Assembly (NCBI RefSeq): GCF_009914755.1 | Contig: NC_060925.1 | Strand: one strand, 5' to 3' | Source of the DNA: the human T2T-CHM13v2.0 reference genome, Homo sapiens | DNA length: 64,000 nucleotides | Shown here: one piece after another, positions 25,101 through 36,800 of the stretch | Numbering within the stretch: the first letter of the stretch is position 1 | How the letters are laid out: each line of letters begins with the position of its first letter | Translations under genes and position numbers: made by a program | Notes under the pieces: model-generated | What the model was told of the DNA's origin: nothing | What the model saw: the letters and a program-made list of their open reading frames with translations, nothing else | The model's database searches: none

Positions 25101-28100
25101 AAGGTTAAACTCTGTGAGTTGAACGCACACATCACAAAGGAGTTTCTGAGAATCATTCTGTCTAGTTTCTATAAGAAGATATTTCCTATTCTACCATTGA
25201 CCTCAAAGCGGCTGAAATCTCCAATTGCAAATTCGACAAAAAGAGTGTTTCAAGCCTGCTCTCTGTAAAGGATCCTTCAACTCTGTGAGTTGAATACACA
25301 CAACACAAGGAAGTTACTGAGAATTCTTCTGTCTAGCATAATATGAAGAAATCCCGTTTCCAACGAAGGCCTCAAAGAGGTCTGAATATCCACTTGCACA
25401 CTTTACAAACAGAGTGTTTCCTAACTGCTCTATGAGAAGAAAAGTTAAACTCTGTGAGTTGAACGCACACATCACAAAAGATTTTCTGAGAATCATTCTG
25501 TCTTGTCTTTATATGAAGATAGTTTCCTTTTCTACCATTGACCTCAAAGCGGCTGAAATCTCCACTTGCAAATTCCACAAAAAGAGTGTTTCAAGTCTGC
25601 TCTGTGTAAAGGATCGTTCAACTCTGTGAGTTGAATACACACAACACAAGGAAGTTACTGAGAATTCTTCTGTCTAGCAGAATATGAAGAAATCCCGTTT
25701 CCAACGAAGGCCACAAGATATCAGAATATCCACTTACAGACTTTACAAACAGAGTGTTTCCTAACTGCTCTATGAACAGAAAGGTTAAACTCTGTGAGTT
25801 GAACGAACACATCACAACGCAGTTTGTGGGAATGATTCTGTCTAGTTTTGAAACGAAGATATTTCCTTTTCTGCCGTTGACCTTAAAGCGCTTGAAATCT
25901 ACACTTGCAAATTGCACAAATAGAGTGTTTCAAATCTGCTCTGTCTAAGGGAACGTTCAACTCTGTGAGTTGAATGCACACAACACAAGGAAGTTACTGG
26001 GAATTCTTCTGTCTAGCCTTACATGAAAAAACCCGTTTCCAACGAAGGCCTCTAAGTGGTCAAAATATACACGTGCAGACTTTATAAACAGAGTGTTTCC
26101 AAACCGCTGAATGAAAAGAAAAGTTAAACTCTGAGAGTTGAACGCACACATCACGCAGCAGTTTCTGAGAATGATTCTGTCTAGTTTTTATACGAAGATA
26201 TTTCCTTTTCTGCCTTTGGCCCCAAAGCGCTTGAAATCTCCACTTGCAAATTCCACAAAAACAGTGTCTCAAATCTGCTCTCTCTAAATGAAAGTTCAAC
26301 CCTGTCAGTTGAATACACACAACACAAGGAAGTTACTGAGAATTCTTCTGTCTAGCATAATATGAAGAAATCCCGTTTCCAACGAAGGCCTCAAAGGGGT
26401 CTGAATATCCACTTGCAGACTTTATAAACAGAGTGTTTACTAACTGCTCTATGAAAAGAAAGGTTAAACTCTGTGAGTTGAACACACACATCACAAATGA
26501 GTTTCTGAGAATCATTCTGTCTAGTTTTTCTACGAAGATATTTCCTTTTCTACTATTGACCTGAAAGCGGCTGAAATCTCCACTTGCAAATTCCACAAAA
26601 AGAGTGTTTCAAGTCTGCTCTGTGTAAAGGATCGTTCAACTCTGTGAGTTGAATACACACAACACAAGGAAGTTACTGAGAATTCTTCTGTCTAGCAGAA
26701 TAGGAAGAAATCCCGTTTCCAACGAAGGCCTCAAAGAGGTCTGAATATCCACTTGCAGACTTTACAAACAGAGTGTTTCCTAACTGCTCTATGAAAAGAA
26801 AAGTTAAACTCTGTGAGTTGAACGCACACATCACAAAGGAGTTTCTGAGAATCGTTCTGTCTAGTTTCTATAGGAAGATATTTCCTATTCTACCATTGAC
26901 CTCAAAGCGTCTGAAATCTCCACTTTCAAATTCCACAAAAAGAGTGTTTCAAGTCTGCTCTGTGTAAAGGATCGTTCAACTCTGTGAGTAGAATACACAC
27001 AACACAAGGAAGTCACTGAGAATTCTTCTGTCTAGCAGAATATGAAGAAATCCCGTTTCCAACGAAGGCCTCAAGGAGGTCTGAATATCCACTTGCAGAC
27101 TTTACAAACAGAGTGTTTCCTAACTGCTCTATGAAAAGAAAGGTTAAACTCTGTGAGTTGAACGCACACATCACAAAGGAGTTTATGAGAATCATTCTGT
27201 CTAGTTTCTATAAGAAGATATTTCCTATTCTACCATTGACCTCAAAGCGGCTGAAATCTCCACTTGCAAATTCGACAAAAAGAGTGTTTCAAGCCTGCTC
27301 TCTGTAAAGGATCCTTCAACTCTGTGAGTTGAATACACACAACACAAGGAAGTTACTGAGAATTATTCTGTCTAGCATAATATGAAGAAATCCCGTTTCC
27401 AACGAAGGCCTCAAAGAGGTCTGAATATCCACTTGCAGACTTTACAAACAGAGTGTTTCCTAACTGCTCTATGAGAAGAAAAGTTAAACTCTGTGAGTTG
27501 AACGCACACATCACAAAAGATTTTCTGAGAATCATTCTGTCTAGTCTTTATATGAAGATAGTTTCCTTTTCTACCATTGACCTCAAAGCGGCTGAAATCT
27601 CCACTTGCAAATTCCACAAAAAGAGTGTTTCAAGTCTGCTCTGTGTAAAGGATCGTTCAACTCTGTGAGTTGAATACACACAACACAAGGAAGTTACTGA
27701 GAATTCTTCTGTCTAGCAGAATATGAAGAAATCCCGTTTCCAACGAAGGCCACAAGATGTCAGAATATCCACTTGCAGACTTTACAAACAGAGTGTTTCC
27801 TAACTGCTCTATGAACAGAAAGGTTAAACTCTGTGAGTTGAACGAACACATCACAACGCAGTTTGTGGGAATGATTCTGTCTAGTTTTGAAACGAAGATA
27901 TTTCCTTTTCTGCCGTTGACCTTAAAGCGCTTGAAATCTACACTTGCAAATTGCACAAATAGAGTGTTTCAAATCTGCTCTGTCTAAGGGAACGTTCAAC
28001 TCTGTGAGTTGAATGCACACAACACAAGGAAGTTACTGGGAATTCTTCTGTCTAGCCTTACATGAAAAAACCCGTTTCCAACGAAGGCCTCTAAGTGGTC

Positions 28101-30819
28101 AAAATATACACGTGCAGACTTTACAAACAGAGTGTTTCCAAACCGCTGAATGAAAAGAAAAGTTAAGCTCTGAGAGTTGAACGCACACATCACGCAGCAG
28201 TTTCTGAGAATGATTCTGTCTAGTTTTTATACGAAGATATTTCCTTTTCTGCCTTTGGCCCCAAAGCGCTTGAAATCTCCACTTGCAAATTCCACAAAAA
28301 CAGTGTTTCAAATCTGCTCTCTCTAAATGAAAGTTCAACTCTGTCAGTTGAATACACACAACACAAGGAAGTTACTGAGAATTCTTCTGTCTAGCATAAT
28401 ATGAAGAAATCCCGTTTCCAACGAAGGCCTCAAAGGGGTCTGAATATCCACTTGCAGACTTTATAAACAGAGTGTTTACTAACTGCTCTATGAAAAGAAA
28501 GGTTAAACTCTGTGAGTTGAACACACACATCACAAAGGAGATTCTGAGAATCATTCTGTCTAGTTTTTCTACGAAGATATTTCCTTTTCTACTATTGACC
28601 TGAAAGCGGCTGAAATCTCCACTTGCAAATTCCACAAAAAGAGTGTTTCAAGTCTGCTCTGTGTAAAGCATCGTTCAACTCTGTGAGTTGAATACACACA
28701 ACACAAGGAAGTTACTGAGAATTCTTCTGTCTAGCAGAATAGGGAGAAATCCCGTTTCCAACGAAGGCCTCAAAGAGGTCTGAATATCCACTTGCAGACT
28801 TTACAAACAGAGTGTTTCCTAACTGCTCTATGAAAAGAAAGGTTAAACTCTGTGAGTTGAACACACACATCACAAAGGAGTTTCTGAGAATCGTTCTGTC
28901 TAGTTTCTATAGGAAGATATTTCCTATTCTACCATTGACCTCAAAGCGGCTGAAATCTCCACTTGCAAATTCCACAAAAAGAATGTTTCAAGTCTGCTCT
29001 GTGTAAAGGATCGTTCAACTCTGTGAGTTGAATACACACAACACAAGGAAGTTACTGAGAATTATTCTGTCTAGCAGAATATGAAGAAATCCCGTTTCCA
29101 ACGAAGGCCCCAAAGAGGTCTGAATATCCACTTGCAGACTTTACAAACAGAGTGTTTCCTAACTGCTCTGTGAAAAGAAAAGTTAAACTCTGTGAGTTGA
29201 ACGCACACATCACAAAGGAGTTTATGAGAATCATTCTGTCTAGTCTTTATACGAAGATATTTCCTTTTCTACCATTGACCTCAAAGCGGCTGAAATCTCC
29301 ACTTTCAAATTCCACAAAAAGAGTGTTTCAAGTCTGCTCTGTGTAAAGGATCGTTCAACTCTGTGAGTAGAATACACACAACACAAGGAAGTTACTGAGA
29401 ATTCTTCTGTCTAGCAGAATATGAAGAAATCCCGTTTCCAACGAAGGCCTCAAGGAGGTCTGAATATCCACTTGCAGACTTTACAAACAGAGTGTTTCCT
29501 AACTGCTCTATGAACAGAAAGGTTAAACTCTGTGAGTTGAACGCACACATCACAAAGGAGTTTCTGAGAATCATTCTGTCTAGTCTTTATATGGACATAG
29601 TTTCCTTTTCTACCATTGACCTCAAAGCGGCTGAAATCTCCACTTGCAAATTCCACAAAAAGAGTGTTTCAAGCCTGCTCTCTGTAAAGGATCCTTCAAC
29701 TCTGTGAGTTGAATACACACAACACAAGGAAGTTACTGAGAATTATTCTGTCTAGCAGAATATGAAGAAATCCCGTTTCCAACGAAGGCCTCAAAGAGGT
29801 CTGAATATCCACTTGCAGACTTTACAAACAGAGTGTTTCCTAACTGCTCTATGAAAAGAAAGGTTAAACTCTGTGAGTTGAACGCACACATCACAAAGGA
29901 GTTTATGAGAATCATTCTGTCTAGTTTCTATAAGAAGATATTTCCTATTCTACCATTGACCTCAAAGCGGCTGAAATCTCCACTTGCAAATTCCACAAAA
30001 AGAGTGTTTCAAGCCTGCTCTCTGTAAAGGATCCTTCAACTCTGTGAGTTGAATACACACAACACAAGGAAGTTACTGAGAATTATTCTGTCTAGCATAA
30101 TATGAAGAAATCCCGTTTCCAACGAAGGCCTCAAAGAGGTCTGAATATCCACTTGCAGACTTTACAAACAGAGTGTTTCCTAACTGCTCTATGAGAAGAA
30201 AAGTTAAACTCTGTGAGTTGAACGCACACATCACAAAAGATTTTCTGAGAATCATTCTGTCTAGTCTTTATATGAAGATAGTTTCCTTTTCTACCATTGA
30301 CCTCAAAGCGGCTGAAATCTCCACTTGCAAATTCCACAAAAAGAGTGTTTCAAGTCTGCTCTGTGTAAAGGATCGTTCAACTCTGTGAGTTGAATACACA
30401 CAACACAAGGAAGTTACTGAGAATTCTTCTGTCTAGCAGAATATGAAGAAATCCCGTTTCCAACGAAGGCCACAAGATGTCTGAATATCCACTTGCAGAC
30501 TTTACAAACAGAGTGTTTCCTAACTGCTCTATGAACAGAAAGGTTAAACTCTGTGAGTTGAACGAACACATCACAACGCAGTTTGTGGGAATGATTCTGT
30601 CTAGTTTTGAAACGAAGATATTTCCTTTTCTGCCGTTGACCTTAAAGCGCTTGAAATCTACACTTGCAAATTGCACAAATAGAGTGTTTCAAATCTGCTC
30701 TGTCTAAGGGAACGTTCAACTCTGTGAGTTGAATGCACACAACACAAGGAAGTTACTGGGAATTCTTCTGTCTAGCCTTACATGAAAAAAACCCGTTTCC
30801 AACGAAGGCCTCTAAGTGG
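13146..30819 (-). repeat. HOR copies 12-10-16-12-10-16-12-16-mer
   Basis: M2 markers at 13146, 15185, 16884, 19603, 21642, 23341, 26060, 28099 and 30820. Spacings are 2039, 1699, 2719, 2039, 1699, 2719, 2039 and 2721 bp. Confidence 0.9.
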
Positions 30820-33800
30820 TCAAAATATCCACGTGCAGACTTTACAAACAGAGTGTTTCCAAACCGCTGAATGAAAAGAAAAGTTAAGCTCTGAGAGTTG
30901 AACGCACACATCACGCAGCAGTTTCTGAGAATGATTCTGTCTAGTTTTTATACGAAGATATTTCCTTTTCTGCCTTTGGCCCCAAAGCGCTTGAAATCTC
31001 CACTTGCAAATTCCACAAAAACAGTGTTTCAAATCTGCTCTCTCTAAATGAAAGTTCAACTCTGTCAGTTGAATACACACTACACAAGGAAGTTACTGAG
31101 AATTCTTCTGTCTAGCATAATATGAAGTAATCCCGTTTCCAACGAAGGCCTCAAAGGGGTCTGAATATCCACTTGCAGACTTTATAAACAGAGTGTTTAC
31201 TAACTGCTCTATGAAAAGAAAGGTTAAACTCTGTGAGTTGAACACACACATCACAAAGGAGTTTCTGAGAATCATTCTGTCTAGTTTTTCTACGAAGATA
31301 TTTCCTTTTCTACTATTGACCTGAAAGCGGCTGAAATCTCCACTTGCAAATTCCACAAAAAGAGTGTTTCAAGTCTGCTCTGTGTAAAGGATCGTTCAAC
31401 TCTGTGAGTTGAATACACACAACACAAGGAAGTTACTGAGAATTCTTCTGTCTAGCAGAATATGAAGAAATCCCGTTTCCAACGAAGGCCTCAAAGAGGT
31501 CTGAATATCCACATGCAGACTTTACAAACAGAGTGTTTCCTAACTGCTCTATGAAAAGAAAAGTTAAACTCTGTGAGTTGAACGCACACATCACAAAGGA
31601 GTTTATGAGAATCATTCTGTCTAGTCTTTATACGAAGATATTTCCTTTTCTACCATTGACCTCAAAGCGGCTGAAATCTCCACTTTCAAATTCTACAAAA
31701 AGTGTGTTTCAAGTCTGCTCTGTGTAAAGGATCGTTCAACTCTGTGAGTAGAATACACACAACACAAGGAAGTTACTGAGAATTATTCTGTCTAGCAGAA
31801 TATGAAGAAATCCCGTTTCCAACGAAGGCCTCAAGGAGGTCTGAATATCCACTTGCAGACTTTACAAACAGAGTGTTTCCTAACTGCTCTATGAACAGAA
31901 AGGTTAAACTCTGTGAGTTGAACGCACACATCACAAAGGAGTTTCTGAGAATCATTCTGTCTAGTCTTTATACGAAGATATTTACTTTTCTACCATTGAC
32001 TTCAAAGCGGCTGAAATCTCCACTTGCAAATTCCACAAAAAGAGTGTTTCAAGTCTGCTCTGTGTAAAGGATCATTCAACTCTGTGAGTTGAATAAACAC
32101 AACACAAGGAAGTTACTGAGAATTCTTCTGTCTAGCAGAATATGAAGAAATCCCGTTTCCAACGAAGGCCTCAAGGAGGTCTGAATATCCACTTGCAGAC
32201 TTTACAAACAGAGTGTTTCCTAACTGCTCTATGAAAAGAAAGGTTAAACTCTGTGAGTTGAACGCACACATCACAAAGGAGTTTATGAGAATCATTCTGT
32301 CTAGTTTCTATAAGAAGATATTTCCTATTCTACCATTGACCTCAAAGCGGCTGAAATCTCCACTTGCAAATTCGACAAAAAGAGTGTTTCAAGCCTGCTC
32401 TCTGTAAAGGATCCTTCAACTCTGTGAGTTGAATACACACAACACAAGGAAGTTACTGAGAATTATTCTGTCTAGCAGAATATGAAGAAATCCCGTTTCC
32501 AACGAAGGCCTCAAAGAGGTCTGAATATCCACTTGCAGACTTTACAAACAGAGTGTTTCCTAACTGCTCTATGAGAAGAAAAGTTAAACTCTGTGAGTTG
32601 AACGCACACATCACAAAAGATTTTCTGAGAATCATTCTGTCTAGTCTTTATATGAACATAGTTTCCTTTTCTACCATTGACCTCAAAGCGGCTGAAATCT
32701 CCACTTGCAAATTCCACAAAAAGAGTGTTTCAAGCCTGCTCTCTGTAAAGGATCCTTCAACTCTGTGAGTTGAATACACACAACACAAGGAAGTTACTGA
32801 GAATTATTCTGTCTAGCAGAATATGAAGAAATCCCGTTTCCAACGAAGGCCTCAAAGAGGTCTGAATATCCACTTGCAGACTTTACAAACAGAGTGTTTC
32901 CTAACTGCTCTATGAAAAGAAAGGTTAAACTCTGTGAGTTGAACGCACACATCACAAAGGAGTTTATGAGAATCATTCTGTCTAGTTTCTATAAGAAGAT
33001 ATTTCCTATTCTACCATTGACCTCAAAGCGGCTGAAATCTCCACTTGCAAATTCCACAAAAAGAGTGTTTCAAGCCTGCTCTCTGTAAAGGATCCTTCAA
33101 CTCTGTGAGTTGAATACACACAACACAAGGAAGTTACTGAGAATTATTCTGTCTAGCATAATATGAAGAAATCCCGTTTCCAACGAAGGCCTCAAAGAGG
33201 TCTGAATATCCACTTGCAGACTTTACAAACAGAGTGTTTCCTAACTGCTCTATGAGAAGAAAAGTTAAACTCTGTGAGTTGAACGCACACATCACAAAAG
33301 ATTTTCTGAGAATCATTCTGTCTAGTCTTTATATGAAGATAGTTTCCTTTTCTACCATTGACCTCAAAGCGGCTGAAATCTCCACTTGCAAATTCCACAA
33401 AAAGAGTGTTTCAAGTCTGCTCTGTGTAAAGGATCCTTCAACTCTGTGAGTTGAATACACACAACACAAGGAAGTTACTGAGAATTCTTCTGTCTAGCAG
33501 AATATGAAGAAATCCCGTTTCCAACGAAGGCCACAAGATGTCTGAATATCCACTTGCAGACTTTACAAACAGAGTGTTTCCTAACTGCTCTATGAACAGA
33601 AAGGTTAAACTCTGTGAGTTGAACGAACACATCACAACGCAGTTTGTGGGAATGATTCTGTCTAGTTTTGAAACGAAGATATTTCCTTTTCTGCCGTTGA
33701 CCTTAAAGCGCTTGAAATCTACACTTGCAAATTGCACAAATAGAGTGTTTCAAATCTGCTCTGTCTAAGGGAACGTTCAACTCTGTGAGTTGAATGCACA

Positions 33801-36800
33801 CAACACAAGGAAGTTACTGGGAATTCTTCTGTCTAGCCTTACATGAAAAAAACCCGTTTCCAACGAAGGCCTCTAAGTGGTCAAAATATCCACGTGCAGA
33901 CTTTACAAACAGAGTGTTTCCAAACCGCTGAATGAAAAGAAAAGTTAAGCTCTGAGAGTTGAACGCACACATCACGCAGCAGTTTCTGAGAATGATTCTG
34001 TCTAGTTTTTATACGAAGATATTTCCTTTTCTGCCTTTGGCCCCAAAGCGCTTGAAATCTCCACTTGCAAATTCCACAAAAACAGTGTTTCAAATCTGCT
34101 CTCTCTAAATGAAAGTTCAACTCTGTCAGTTGAATACACACAACACAAGGAAGTTACTGAGAATTCTTCTGTCTAGCATAATATGAAGAAATCCCGTTTC
34201 CAACGAAGGCCTCAAAGGGGTCTGAATATCCACTTGCAGACTTTATAAACAGAGTGTTTACTAACTGCTCTATGAAAAGAAAGGTTAAACTCTGTGAGTT
34301 GAACACACACATCACAAAGGAGTTTCTGAGAATCATTCTGTCTAGTTTTTCTACGAAGATATTTCCTTTTCTACTATTGACCTGAAAGTGGCTGAAATCT
34401 CCACTTGCAAATTCCACAAAAAGAGTGTTTCAAGTCTGCTCTGTGTAAAGGATCGTTCAACTCTGTGAGTTGAATACACACAACACAAGAAAGTTACTGA
34501 GAATTCTTCTGTCTAGCAGAATAGGAAGAAATCCCGTTTCCAACGAAGGCCTCAAAGAGGTCTGAATATCCACTTGCAGACTTTACAAACAGAGTGTTTC
34601 CTAACTGCTCTATGAAAAGAAAAGTTAAACTCTGTGAGTTGAACGCACACATCACAAAGGAGTTTCTGAGAATCGTTCTGTCTAGTTTCTATAGGAAGAT
34701 ATTTCCTATTCTACCATTGACCTCAAAGCGGCTGAAATCTCCACTTGCAAATTCCACAAAAAGAATGTTTCAAGTCTGCTCTGTGTAAAGGATCGTTCAA
34801 CTCTGTGAGTTGAATACACACAACACAAGGAAGTTACTGAGAATTATTCTGTCTAGCAGAATATGAAGAAATCCCGTTTCCAACGAAGGCCACAAGATGT
34901 CAGAATATCCACTTACAGACTTTACAAACAGAGTGTTTCCTAACTGCTCTATGAACAGAAAGGTTAAACTCTGTGAGTTGAACGAACACATCACAACGCA
35001 GTTTGTGGGAATGATTCTGTCTAGTTTTGAAACGAAGATATTTCCTTTTCTGCCGTTGACCTTAAAGCGCTTGAAATCTACACTTGCAAATTGCACAAAT
35101 AGAGTGTTTCAAATCTGCTCTGTCTAAGGGAACGTTCAACTCTGTGAGTTGAATGCACACAACACAAGGAAGTTACTGGGAATTCTTCTGTCTAGCCTTA
35201 CATGAAAAAACCCGTTTCCAACGAAGGCCTCTAAGTGGTCAAAATATACACGTGCAGACTTTACAAACAGAGTGTTTCCAAACCGCTGAATGAAAAGAAA
35301 AGTTAAACTCTGAGAGTTGAACGCACACATCACGCAGCAGTTTCTGAGAATGACTCTGTCTAGTTTTTATACGAAGATATTTCCTTTTCTGCCTTTGGCC
35401 CCAAAGCGCTTGAAATCTCCACTTGCAAATTCCACAAAAACAGTGTTTCAAATCTGCTCTCTCTAAATGAAAGTTCAACTCTGTCAGTTGAATACACACT
35501 ACACAAGGAAGTTACTGAGAATTCTTCTGTCTAGCATAATATGAAGTAATCCCGTTTCCAACGAAGGCCTCAAAGGGGTCTGAATATCCACTTGCAGACT
35601 TTATAAACAGAGTGTTTACTAACTGCTCTATGAAAAGAAAGGTTAAACTCTGTGAGTTGAACACACACATCACAAAGGAGTTTCTGAGAATCATTCTGTC
35701 TAGTTTTTCTACGAAGATATTTCCTTTTCTACTATTGACCTGAAAGCGGCTGAAATCTCCACTTGCAAATTCCACAAAAAGAGTGTTTCAAGTCTGCTCT
35801 GTGTAAAGGATCGTTCAACTCTGTGAGTTGAATACACACAACACAAGGACGTTACTGAGAATTCTTCTGTCTAGCAGAATATGAAGAAATCCCGTTTCCA
35901 ACGAAGGCCTCAAAGAGGTCTGAATATCCACATGCAGACTTTACAAACAGAGTGTTTCCTAACTGCTCTATGAAAAGAAAAGTTAAACTCTGTGAGTTGA
36001 ACGCACACATCACAAAGGAGTTTATGAGAATCATTCTGTCTAGTCTTTATACGAAGATATTTCCTTTTCTACCATTGACCTCAAAGCGGCTGAAATCTCC
36101 ACTTTCAAATTCTACAAAAAGTGTGTTTCAAGTCTGCTCTGTGTAAAGGATCGTTCAACTCTGTGAGTAGAATACACACAACACAAGGAAGTTACTGAGA
36201 ATTATTCTGTCTAGCAGAATATGAAGAAATCCCGTTTCCAACGAAGGCCTCAAGGAGGTCTGAATATCCACTTGCAGACTTTACAAACAGAGTGTTTCCT
36301 AACTGCTCTATGAACAGAAAGGTTAAACTCTGTGAGTTGAACGCACACATCACAAAGGAGTTTCTGAGAATCATTCTGTCTAGTCTTTATACGAAGATAT
36401 TTACTTTTCTACCATTGACTTCAAAGCGGCTGAAATCTCCACTTGCAAATTCCACAAAAAGAGTGTTTCAAGTCTGCTCTGTGTAAAGGATCATTCAACT
36501 CTGTGAGTTGAATAAACACAACACAAGGAAGTTACTGAGAATTCTTCTGTCTAGCAGAATATGAAGAAATCCCGTTTCCAACGAAGGCCTCAAGGAGGTC
36601 TGAATATCCACTTGCAGACTTTACAAACAGAGTGTTTCCTAACTGCTCTATGAAAAGAAAGGTTAAACTCTGTGAGTTGAACGCACACATGACAAAGGAG
36701 TTTATGAGAATCATTCTGTCTAGTTTCTATAAGAAGATATTTCCTATTCTACCATTGACCTCAAAGCGGCTGAAATCTCCACTTGCAAATTCGACAAAAA

